Shown here in pieces: positions 26,714-39,664 of a DNA stretch of 64,000 bases. The position numbers and the translations under genes were made by a program. Source of the stretch: Nageia nagi (lineage: Eukaryota; Plantae; Pinophyta). The stretch covers positions 20,894,001-20,958,000 of the forward strand of contig JBITNC010000002.1 of the NCBI GenBank assembly GCA_050084985.1. The letters run 5' to 3'. How positions within the stretch are numbered: position 1 is the stretch's first letter; each line of letters opens with the position of its first letter. The notes below the pieces were generated by a model. That model was not told the origin of the DNA. It did no database searches and worked only from the letters and a program-made list of their open reading frames with translations.

Positions 26714-29518
26714 TGATGAACTTGCAATATCTAGTTACACTTTCTTTACGCAATAGAATAATACCCCAACTTTTGAAGGGTGTAACTTTTGATCTTGATG
26801 TCATTTGGATCCCATTTGTTTTAAAATCATGTAGAATAAAAAACTCTACAAGATTGTAACATATTCTAAAAGAGAAAATTTTGAGGCCTAAAACAATTAC
26901 TGTACATTCCAAATTTCATTTTTACTTTTAGTTCTAACTTTAAGTTCTATTTTTAGAATAATTGCATGTATTGAGTAATCGATGCATGGCTCCATTTTGG
27001 GCCTCATATAAGCTATATTTTAGGCTTTTTTTAAAATTAGAAAGAGGGAAAGAAATTCTTTGTAAAAGCTAATTGTAATCATTTTGAGGGATTAGTGTAA
27101 CTACATAACTATAACTACATAATTCTCACTAACTCAAAACTCTTAGCTACATCCATATGCTTCTCTATAACTACATAACTATAAGGGTTCTCAAAACCCT
27201 TATCTATGCTAACCAAGCTTTCCTTTATTAATTCCATAGTCCTCTCTCTCCATGGGACTTTTATCTTTTTCATACTTCTAATACAAGGTGCCAACCAAGA
27301 TCTTCTTTGACTCTCCTTAGCATTAAGGTACTCAGCCTTGAAGGACAAAATATTTGCCTCTTCCATGATATGTCTACATTCAAATGTTATACTCCTTAGA
27401 GTATCTTCCAACTACAACTGTTCTTGTTGCTTCTTTATCTTCTTCCCTTCCATGGTGATCCAAATCTAATCTTCAATCCAACAAGATCAACTATCTCTGG
27501 TACCAAATTATGTAGATTTCTGCAAGAGACCAAAATAGATCTCCAAAATTGATCCACAACACACAAGTAAATAAATGGAGGAATAAAATTCACAACAAGA
27601 ATTATTTATTCTTTTAAATCTACACTAATTCCTCAAAAGGATTATAATAAGCTTTTATAAAGCATCTCTTTTCCTCTTTTTAATTTAAAACAAATCTTAA
27701 AATATAACTTAGATGAAGCTCAAAATGGAGCCATGCATCCCTTACTCAATACATGCAATTATTCTAAAAATAGAACTTAAAGTTAGAACTAAAAGTAAAA
27801 GTAAAATTTGGGCTTTACAATAATCATTTTAGGCCTCAAAATTTTCTCCTTTAGGAGATTTTACAATCTTGTAGAGCTTTTGATTCTGCTTGATTTAAAA
27901 AAAAAGGGCTTCAAATGATATTAGGATCAAAAGTTACACCCTACAGAAGTTGGAATATTATTCTACTACATAAAGAGAGTGTAACTAGATATTTCAAGTT
28001 CATCATTCTCCTTTGGTTGAAAAGAACTCTACCATTGAATTTTGTTGATTTGAGAAATTGAAAATACCCCAAAAGCCCTTCATTTTAAACTTTCTTCTTT
28101 TCCACCTGCTCTTTGTGCTCTTCTCTTTGCATCTTGGATTCTGAAATCTCCTTATGATCCTCCCCTTTGCTGAGCTTCTATCTTTATCCATATTTTCCAT
28201 CCTTTAGAAAAATCATTTATCGATTCCCATGAAATAAAATCATCCAAAAAGTATGTTTCACTCTCATGATCTTGATCAAAACCTTGTTGGTCAATAAACT
28301 CATCATACTTTTGAGCATCAAACTAATTATCCATGTGCTTCACTACTAGTTTTAGAAGAAATTATATTTCTTCTTCCTTGGCATCCATTGCTAAATTAAG
28401 TAACTCCAACACCTTTATTGAAATGATATTTTCATATCCTAATTCAATCTCCTATATCTCTTTAAAAAATTTATGCACCTTTGTGGCTTCTTCTATTGTG
28501 TCCATAACTATAAAGGATAATTATATAGCTTCATTTGAATTAACATCCTCATATTTGATTTTAGCTTGCATGATCTCCTTTGATATCTTATTTTCTTTTT
28601 GGATATCTTCAATGCCTACTTCCTCTTCAGGAATACTCATGATCACTAACTCAAACTCTCAGCTACATCCATATGCTTCTATGTAACTACATAATTATAA
28701 GGGTTCTCAAAACCCTTTTCTTTACTGACCAAGCTTACCTTTATTAATTACATAGTCCTCTATCTCCATGGGAATTTTATATTTTTCATAATTCTAATAC
28801 AAGGTGTCAACCAAGATCTTCTTTGACTCTCCTTAGCATCAAGATACTCAGCCTTGAAGCATAGAACTTTTACCTCTTCCATGAGACATCTACATTCAAA
28901 TGTTATACTCCTCAGAGTATCTTCCAATTACAACTATTCATGTTGCTTCTTTATCTTCTTCCCTTCCATGGTGATCCAACTTCAATAATATATCACAAGA
29001 TTAACTGGCTCTAGTACCAAATGATGTAGATTCTTGCAAGAGACCAAAACAAATCTCCAAAATTGATTCACAACACACAAGTAAATAAATGGAAGAATAA
29101 AATTCACAATAAGAATTCTTTATTATTTGAATCTACACTAATTCCTCAAAAGGATTATAATCAAATTTTATAAATCATCTCTTTCCCTCTTTATAATTTA
29201 AAAAAAATCCTAAAATATAGCTTAAATGAGTCTCAAAATGGATCCATGCATCCATTACTCAATACATGTAATTATTCTAAAAATAGAACTTAAAATCAGA
29301 ACTAAAAGTAAAAGTAAAATTTGGGCTATACGATAATCATTTTTGGCCTCAAAATTTTCTCCTTTAGGAGATGTTACAATCTCATGGAGTTTTTGATTCT
29401 ATAAGATTAAAAAAAAATGGGCTCCAAATGATATCAAGATCAAAAGTTACACCCTTTAGAAGTTGGAGTATTATTTTGCTGCATAAAGAAAGTGTAACTG
29501 GATATTGCAGGTTCTTTA
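26714..29518 (-). mobile_element. Tandem non-autonomous LTR element with an inverted terminal LTR: LTR-int-LTR-int(partial)-inverted LTR
   Basis: Minus-strand LTRs 29022-29518 and 27508-28005, each followed by a decayed Met PBS. PPT aaccaaaggagaa at 28006-28018. Internal duplicate 27125-27495 matches 28642-29010. Plus-strand partial LTR at 26714-27099. GTAGT on both flanks. Confidence 0.85.
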
Positions 29519-29749
29519 GTAGTTATTAACCACCACATTATGATTTTTTATGATGGTTGATAGGGAGACTTATAAACACCACATTTTTTAAAGGTGGCAA
29601 TTTAATGGTCTATATGGTGATGGGTATTATTCACTACCATAAAGGACCCACTTTTGGTGGTGCTTGCATAAATGATGATGGGATGACCATCAATAAAATG
29701 CTTTAGTGAGCATTTTAAATTTCCACCAAAATCCCTTTTTGGTCTAGTG
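29519..29749. mobile_element. Possible end of a non-autonomous CACTA element
   Basis: Ends in tttttggtctagtg, the reverse complement of CACTAGACCAAAAA. Short ccacca/tggtgg subterminal motifs. Partner end not identified. Confidence 0.35.
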
Positions 29750-30981
29750 AAGATAAATATTATGAAATTTGTTGGCTACTAAGTTACCTTAATAATTATT
29801 TGACAATCATTTTAAAGTTCATATGGGATTGCTTTACAATCTTTAAAGGTGATAGGGATAAGCTCCCTTGCTATTAAACCTAAATGAGATGAAAAATGCA
29901 TGGTATTTTCTCAAATGGGTTATGCATATTAATTGATTTTGATATTCACATTATTGTGTTTCTAAAATTTATTGATAATTTTGATAGGCATTTTATTTTT
30001 TATTTTTGAGAGTTTGAACCATTTGATGATCTTGTATCAATACTTATATATTGGGCATCATACAAACATCATTATGCAATATATAATGACAACTATGAGT
30101 AACCAACATTAGGGGTAAATTTCTTATATAATCTTCCTACCTTCATTTTTGGACAAGGCATAATTAGACAAAGCATCATCAACCTTGGCAACTAAAGCAT
30201 TTCCAACCTTGTTGAGCTAAGAAACTTTAACCTTTTTGGATAAAAAAATGCTAAACAAATGTATACCATCCTCGCAATTAGATTCAGTTATATTATAATG
30301 ACTTACACATCTTTTTTAGCTAACTCATTTACTAAACTCCATCATATGAATCTAGTGTTTTAAGTTACTACAATAGACCATAGTCACCAACAAAAGCACA
30401 ATCAATTCCAATATCCCCAGGTCAACCAATATTGAATAACACTATCAAAGTTTAAATACATACTAGTGTGCAACTTATTTGTCATTGGATCCTTATTTAT
30501 TGCAACATCCTCAACTCCTTATTATTTTTTTCTTTTCTTTTTTAAATAATGCCACTTTGCATATTGTCAAGTTGGCAATTTCCAACTATAAGCACATATC
30601 AACATTGATAAATAAGATAGTATCAGAGTATAACATGCATTCAAACTAGTAAGATGTTAAATATTGCAAGGATTAATTTAAATACATAAGGATAAAAATA
30701 AATTTAACAATATGCATGGTGCCATAGTTTAATGGACTGCAATGATCATAGGATATGCACAAAATAGGTTTTGTAAAAGATTATAGCATGATGCAACATA
30801 AATTTATGGTCTACAATAATTGTATGATATGAATTAGATATGATGCATCTTATATTATACTTTCAAATTAATTAATCTGATGAAGCACTTGGGAACCAAC
30901 CCTAATAACATAACCTTTATATATGTTCTACTTGCATATAACCATGCAGCTCTAATGGATGAGGGATGTAAAACATTTCAT

Positions 30982-33900
30982 AACATGAGTGAGAATTATT
31001 GCATTATTCTTAGGATGAATCATTATACATGAATTGTTGAACTTCTTGGCAATGTAGGATATCTTTAGGGATCTTTGAACTTCATTTCCAAAATACTCAT
31101 ACAACCTAAATTGGGTATGTGGATGTGTCTACTTAGTTCTTGTAAATCAAATTTTATGGTTTTGAATGCCTTGATAGACATGCACACAAAATGTCAAAAA
31201 AACCTTACAACATAAGGGACTCTTATTGCATTATTCATGGGATGAATAATCATACATGCATTGTTGACCTTCTTGGATATGTACACTATCCTGAGGGAGC
31301 TTTGAACTTCATTACCAAAATACCCATAAAACTTGAATTGGATGTGTAGATTATCTACTTGGTGCTTATAAATAAAATGTTATGATTTTTAACACCCTAA
31401 TAGACATGTATGTAAAATGTGAAACAAACCCTTACAACATGATGGATTCTTATTGAATTATTACGATAATGAATAATTATACATACATTGTTGACCTTCT
31501 TAGCCATGCAAGCTACCTTGAAGGAGCTTTGAATTTTATTTTCAAAAAATCAATAAAACCTTAATTGGATGTGTGGATATGTCTACTTGGTGCTTGTAAA
31601 TTGAATGTTATGGTTTTTAATTCCTTGATAGATATGTATGCAAAATGTGGAACAAACCCTTACAACATGAGAGGATATTATTGTATTATTCTTGGGATGA
31701 ATCATTATACATGCATTGTTGACCTTATTGGTTGTGCAAGCTATCCTAAGGGAACTTTGAAATTCATTGTGAAAATACCCATAAAACCTAAATTGTATGT
31801 GTGGATGTGTTTACTTAGTACTTTTAAATTGAATGTTATGGTTTTGAATATTGTGATAGATATGCATGCAAAATGTGAAATAATCCCTCACAACATGAGG
31901 GACTCTTATTACATTATTCATGGGATGAATCATCATACATGCATTGTTGACCTTCTTGGACATGTAGGATATCATAATGGAGCTTTGAACTTCAATTGCT
32001 GAAATACCTATAAAATTTGAATTGGGTGAGTGGATGTGTCTATTTGGTGATTGTAATCATATGTTATGGTTTTAAATTCCATGATAGACATGTATGTAAA
32101 ATGTGAAATAAACCCTTACAATATGAGGGACTCTTATTGCATTATTCCTAGGATGAATAATTATGCATGCATTGTTGACCTTCTTGGTCGTGTAGGCTAT
32201 CCTAAGGGAGCTTTGAACTTAATTATCAAAATACACATAAAACATGAATTGGATGTATAAATATATCTACTTGGTGCTTATAATAGAATCTTGTGATTTT
32301 AAATGCCTTGATAAACATGTATGCAAAATGCAGTACAATCCCTTACAACATGAGGGACTCTTATTGCATTATTATTTGGATAAATCATTATATATAAATT
32401 GTTAACCTTCTTGGTCATATATGATGATTCAAAATTATTGTTATGCTAAAATATTATGCCTCAAACCCTAACATCATACACCAAGATAAGAAATGGTACT
32501 AAATACAAAAATTATTCTAAAAAAAACCTACATCACATAAAAAAGCTCAAAATAGACATAAAAAGTGGGATCCAAGGCTCCAAGACTCAACATCACATAA
32601 ATGGAGTAAGTACAATCATAGAATAGCCAAGAAGGCTTTACATTTGGCCAAAGAAGCTAACCTAAGCCCTTAACTATGGAATAATACTCTTGGATCTAGT
32701 TGATATTTAGATCCAGGTGTGCAACTAAATATTTGAAGTAACTAAAGGTGAAGGGGTTCCATCCTTAGCCAAATCTAATGGGGTCTTCATCCCATTAGCT
32801 CTTTTTCCTATAGGGTTTCATCCATAGAAGACCCAAGAGATGAATCCATGCCACACTTTGAATGTAATAAGATGAAAATATGATCAAATTTGCCTCCAAA
32901 TAATTTTCCAAGTTCCTATATAGAAAAACATATTACTCGATGGCCTAGATCCCATATAGGAATCCATGCTAGTTGATTTTCATAAGATTCCATAGGTGGG
33001 GGTCTTGGGATGAGGTACATTTATTGCAATGAGCCATCCTAAGCTTGGTGCTAGGATTCTACCTTGGGACAAACAAATCAAGCCATTGGACCATTATCAT
33101 TAATTAAAATAACATTAAATGATCTTATCTATCCAATGAGGGTGATGTCCCACATTGGGGCTCATAATTTGACTTAAATTCCCATCGCTTGGTTACAATA
33201 AAAGCCTAAATACAAATGCTAGAGCTACATTAGTACCTCTAATTACAAATTACTTCTCCTAAACTAAAATCACTCCTAAATTACTTTATTTACGCCTAAA
33301 TATCCTCCTAAGGGTGGATGTCAAGAATCTAGTGGACCCCATAGGTCATTGCTTGTGGAAAAGGGTATAGCTGGAAAAATGGCACATGAAAACCCTTCCT
33401 TCCCATGTTGCTTCCTTAGCAATTTTTAATTTTTGGTAATTCTAGTTGGAAACTAAATCTTCCAAACATCCTTTAGTTCTTCCTTAATTTCCATCCATGT
33501 ATAAGCTATAATTTAGGCTAATACCAAATGTTTGATTGTAGCAAGGCTCATATGGGTGAAAAATGATTTATGATGTACCATTTTAGTATAACCATATATG
33601 AAATATAATAAATTGTATTATCCATGCTTCAACAAGTTCGAGAATATATTCTTAACTAGTTTCAAATCAATAATGTTCTACATAGAAAAAATAATCCAAA
33701 TATTATTGAAAATAAATGCCTCTATAATCTTAAAGAATATTACTAATTTATCATCAAGTGTAGCCATGAGGATAGGATTTCATCATCAAGCTTGGCATTA
33801 TCACATAATGTTATTTTTGTATTTTTGAAGAAATCCCTACAAGCTATATCAAGTGTTTCCATATTCTTATAAATGTTTTCAACCTTCCTCAATCTATCAT

Positions 33901-36900
33901 CATCATTAAACAACATAACCATTCCATGAGAAACAAAAACAATCCAAGTAATGCTCCTATCTCTATAAACAATCATCCAACAAATGATCTTAAATAAGGT
34001 CATTAATATCTCTTCCATAATGAGTTCTATCTCATATGTATACAAAATTACTCTTCTAACACCACCATCCATGGCAAATGACATAAAATAAAATCAATAA
34101 TTAGAAAAATATATGCATCAATCAAATTATACCTTTCTAAAATCCCATCCCAATGTGGTTTTTGGGCATTGTATGGGATATGGATTTTCAAGAAATCTTA
34201 CATCTACCATGCAGTTGCTTTGTCTCTCCTATATAACCCCTCCAAACTATCACCTCCATCCTACTAGATGATGTTTGAGGAAAATAGTCATTGAATCCTT
34301 AAAAGGTGTACTCCTTCCCATATATTACAAATCTCATCACTAATTTATGATAATTATTATGTATAAATCCCAAATCAAAGAGCCACTGAACTACCAATAT
34401 GAGATGAGGGATACCATCTAATGGGTAGATATAAAAATATTATATTGCCACATACTCTTGGATATTTACTATTTCATCCACCAAGGTTAGTTTCCCATTT
34501 GCATTGGTGATATCAAACCCTTCAAAATCCTTAGTTTTGAGTCCCTTCTTCTTCACGAACTCTTCATCAATGAAGTTGTACATTACACTTGGATCACTCA
34601 ACACCATGACTTCTTGATTTGTAGCTTGTCCCTTGAACTTGAGAGGGAAGCATTTCAATACTCCTACCAATGAGGTAATCATTCCTCTCACCACATCTCT
34701 ACTATATAATATGGGGGACTCAATGTGGGGTGGTCCAAGCTTCAAAGGATCCAATTCAAACTTAATATTAGACTCCTCATATGAGAAAACTTCAATGTAG
34801 TGGACTTTCACTTTTCCCTAACAACTATGACCTCTCTCCCATGGTTTCTTATAGGAGAAACACAAATTATTCCTCCTCAAATATTTAAATAAGTTGTATC
34901 CAATCCTCCCTCTTGTGTTGTGCTTTGGGGCTTAGATATACTATACATGGCTCCCTTAATGACCCCTCTTGTAGGTATGGATGGTTAGGTGGGAGGGAGA
35001 GATATAGCTCTCAACATTTTGGGTTCCAGATCTAAGGTCCTTTTGATGGCATATTGTAGAAGTATGGGTGAAAAATGTTTCACAAACCCTCAAAGAAAAG
35101 GAAAGTCACTCTCTTCTTTGAGATGTTGGGTACCATTTCAACTATGTATTGAAACTTAGCCATATATGCCTCCATAGATCCCTTTTATTTAACTATCCTT
35201 AGGTTCTTGAAGTATTAATCCTCATCCTTTCTATTTAAATAATCCATTAACCTTTGGCTAAATACATCAAATGATATGGTTCTTCCATACCATTATGTTT
35301 TCATACCATGTGCCATCACTCATATGCAATTTTTTCCAAAATGTAAGGTTACAAAATCTATGGCATCTTCTTCAATCATAGGACTCAAGGTGAAATAAGT
35401 TTGAAGCTTTTGCAATCAAGCTTTAGTAGTCATTTTTCCACTCCCATCAAAGATAAGTACTTGTATTTTTCTCAAATATTATTGTAGATCTCTTCTATCT
35501 CCCTTAAATGGCTAGATGATATTAGTATTTTATCTAAGAAATTCTAGATATAGAGAAAATAAAACATCATTTCAAAACTCTTGATATTTCTAGGAATACT
35601 CAAGGTATAACTGACTAAGCTCCTTAGGTGATAATGGGCTTGATATACTCTTTATCTTGGAAATAAACATGGGCTTGCTAGGCTGTGGAAGAGGTGGGGT
35701 GATGCCTCCCTTCTTTGGCCATCCCTCTCAAAGAATATCTCCTACACTAGATCATCCATCTAAGTGGATCCTATACTAGATCATCCATCATCCCATTAAT
35801 CCATAATCCTCTCAAAGAATCTCTCCCACACGAGATCATCCATCATTTTGGATTAATAGTATATTCAAACCCTTTCTCCTTTGTATTAGATCCAAATCCT
35901 CTAGATCAATGTAGAAAATTATCTTCTTCTCCTTAGTCACATCCCTAATGAGGAGTCACCTCCTCATGGTTATCTCTCTCATGCCTCCTATGCAAGGGTG
36001 CATCCTCTTCATGTCCCCTCTATATGTGCATCTCTTCCCCTAGATACCTCTCTTGAATGAAGGTGGATATTCTAGTTTGGGACATCCTAAGGCTTTTCCC
36101 ATGCCCTATGTCTCTCCTCAATGCATTCTTATTGGTCACTTGTTCATTTTAAATCTACATTTTCTCTACAATAGTCCTCATCATGGTCATTATGTCATCA
36201 TTTTTTTTATCAGCTAGGTACTTGGGCTGAATCTCCCTCTCTTCCTCATGCATCTCTTTCTCAACTTTAGATGCATACGTTGGAATGTTAATCAAACTCT
36301 TTTAGGCATATTATCCCACATACTTCCCTACATCCTCCATAGATCTAGTTTGGGGGGCCATAGGAATCTTATTCCTCTTATGTTCATAGACCTTCTTAAC
36401 CGATTGCATCCATAACCCTATCCACAAGATGGTAGGATTTTGGTTCTGATACCCTTTGATGTATCAAAATTATTGCTATATCAAAATATTATGCCTCAAT
36501 TCCTAACACCATACACCAAGGTAAAAATGATACTAAATACATAAATTATGCTCAAAATACCAATGTCACACTAAGAAGCTCAAAATGGACATAATAATTA
36601 GGATCCAAGGACCCACACCTAATACACTAATGGATAAAGTATAATCGTGAGATAGGCAAGAAGGCTTAATTTCTATCTAGAGAAGCCAACCCAAGTACTC
36701 AATAATAGAATAATACTACAGTAATGAATATCTATAATAGCTAACATCTAGATCTGAATGTGTGCAATTGAAGATTTAAAGCAACTAAAGATCAAGGATT
36801 TCAATCCTTAACTAATCTAATGGGGTTTTCATCCCACCAATCCTTCTCATGTAGGATTTCATCCATAGAATACCCAAAAGATGACTTCACACCATATTAT

Positions 36901-37760
36901 GAATTAAGAAGATGAAAATATGATCAAAGGTACCTCCAAATAATGTGTTAAGCCTTTATATAGATAAACATCTAACTGGGTGGTCTAGATCTCATATAGG
37001 AATCCATGTTAGTGGATCACCATAAGATTCCATGCTATGGGGTATTGGCATGAGATGCATTTCTACATTGAGTCATCCTAATCTTGGTACTAGGATTCCA
37101 CATTGGGATAATTAAAATTAAGCCATTGAACCATTACCTTTAAATAAAATAATATTAAATGACCCAATCTATCCAAGGAGGGTGATGTCCCACATTGGGG
37201 CTCATAGTTTGACTTAAATTCCATCACTTGGTTACAATAAATACCTAAATACAATTCAAGAGATAAAGTAGAATCTATAACTACAAATTACTCATACTAA
37301 ATCAAAATAACTCCTAATTAACTTTATTTATGCCCAAACATACTCCTAAGGTGGATTCAGCTATGTGACCTATGGATCATTGTTTGTGGAAAAAGATATA
37401 GCTAGAAAAAAGGCACATGACAACATATAGGCTATGTCGAGGGAGACTTGAACTTCATTGTAAAAATATTCTTAAGAGCTAAATTGGGTGTGTCTACTTG
37501 GTACTTGTAAAATGAATGTTGTGGTTTTAAATACCCTAATAGATATGTATCCAAAATGCGAAACAAACACTTAAACATGAGGGAATACTATTGCATTCAT
37601 CTTAGTTGTGGAGGCTATCTTGAGGGAGTTTTGAAATTAATTTTTAAAATACCCATAAAACTTGAATTGGGTATGTGTGGATCTATCTACTTGGTGCTTG
37701 TAAATTGAATGTTATGGTTTTGAATTCCCTAATAGATATCTATGCAAAATGTGAAAGAAT
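30982..37760 (+). repeat. PPR-derived tandem array, ~8 units of 227-228 bp
   Basis: Unit starts (aacat/aatat) at 30982, 31209, 31436, 31664, 31892, 32120, 32347. Unit 7 resumes at ~37424 after the insertion. Unit 8 (~37574) is partly deleted. Confidence 0.9.
32422..37422 (-). mobile_element. Decayed Ty3/gypsy element carrying only gag and protease remnants
   Basis: LTRs ~32422-33391 and 36457-37422. Met-PBS remnant ttctgataccc at 36444-36454. PPT reverse complement cccttccttccc at ~33393. catata on both flanks. Protease VLSDPSVMYNFID..NANG in ORF 34440-34811. No RT/RH/IN seen. Confidence 0.8.
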
Positions 37761-39664
37761 ACACAATACCAAGAATTATTAGACAATATGCATGATACAA
37801 ATATATTTTCATGGTATGAATAATTACATGATATACACAAAATGGGTTTTATGTAAAAGGACCTAGAGACTCTTATTTTGGTAAGCACAATAATTGCTTG
37901 ACAAAATACATAGAAGAATACTTGGTGGGTAGGTGATTTTATTTCTTTTCATGATAGGCTTTACTCTACAAACCCCTTAGCTTGGTTCATCTCTTCTCAA
38001 CCCCCTTGGCTTATATGACTATCTCTCTTTAGGTGCTCTAATATCCTTGACTTGAAATGGTATAGCTAAGTGCTCTACCCACTCATATTCTCTTCAAAAA
38101 ATACTTTAAAAAATTGAAATTTTAAAGTGCCTACTTAAGTTCCATGTACAATATTTTTATATATTTTATTATTGACATTGAGGGTAGTTTTTTACTTATA
38201 TTCTTATGATTTAGGGGGTCATTTAAACATCACCCCTAGAAACCATCACTAAAATCCAAAGATGAGGTAGTTAAAAATTGCTAGACCAAAAAAACCTCAA
38301 ATCACCCACCTCTAAATCCTATTTTGGGTCTAGTGATAACCATGAGATTAGTTTGAAATAAGGCATGCAAAGTAAAACTTAGTTTAATTAGCAACTAGTA
38401 TAGTTCAAAACTATATACATAAAGATAAATAATGTGTTTAGGGATTGAATATGTTAAATTGAAGGAAAAATCTAATCTACTTAAGATGTATGTCACACTT
38501 GAATATACTAGAGAATGAACACAAAAAATTAATTTATAGTTTAAAGAGCATTAAATACTAAATTGCCTCATATTTGGTAACTCAAAATATGAGGTAGGTA
38601 TTTGCTTACCTTAAGCACTAATTACTATACCATAGTAATATGTTATCATGCATAAGCATAAATTACTAAAATCAATATGATGGTAATTATATAATTGTAA
38701 TATGTCATTATATGAGTCAGGTGCGTATATACCAAATATTAGTTGGTATTGAGGAACCTAGCAATGGACATGTGAGATAGAGTTTAAAGGATATATGAAA
38801 AATATGTGATTGTATTATTTGTTTCTTGAGTTAGGTTGATCAATTAATTACTAAATGTTGATCATAGTACTCTTTTACATGAGCTAGGGTATCATGGGTA
38901 TTAGAGATCACATAGGAAAGGGGTATAATCACAAATAGTTGATGTAGAATTTGTTGATTTAATTTTCCTTATGTGGTATCAAGCAAGCTAGGTTGATACA
39001 ATAACAAACTAGTGTAGGGTATGAAGGTTTTAGCTTTTGAGGAATCCACATTGCTTAATGTGACAACATGGTAATGCTTTATTGTCAAAAGGTTCTTTTA
39101 AAGATTAAAAAAAAAAATTATCACTACATTTTGAATTTAATGAATCAGGAGTGTTACACACATAAATTTGTGAAGTTCAAGAGTTTGTATGATAAGTAGA
39201 ATATTCATTGTAAATCCCATAATGTCTGTTTACATTCCAATTGAGAAACCAAAATGTTTAGTCATATATGAAGCTATAAATTGTACAATAATGTCTATAT
39301 AATAGGTAGAATGATAATTGTATGAATTTTACTCGACGGTGTATGAATTTAATTCAATAGAAGACTATTTCTTGACCACATAACATCCAAAATTACTTGT
39401 TATCCAAAATTTAAAGGTACTTATCATCACCAAAGTATTTAAAATGCATCACAAGATTAAATCACATTTGTGTTAATAATTATAGAGCTTTAAACTAATT
39501 TATGGTAGATTTAGTATTTTTACTCTATGTAATTATTTATTTTTTACTTTTATGGCATGTTCATACAAATGATAAAGAGTTCCATCTAAATTATTAAAAG
39601 ATTGATTTTGTTGTTGATATTGATATTAAAAGTATATGATACATCTCAATACAAATAAAAGTTA

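Larger units (their letters stand above)
30700..37870 (+). pseudogene. PLS/E-class pentatricopeptide repeat pseudogene with an internal 227-228-bp tandem amplification, interrupted by a gypsy element
   Basis: Motifs WTAMIIGYAQN, PNNITFIYVLLAYNHAALMDEG, HYTCIVDLLG, PIKP..VWMCLLGACK, NSLIDMYAKC. Many stops and frameshifts. Confidence 0.88.
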
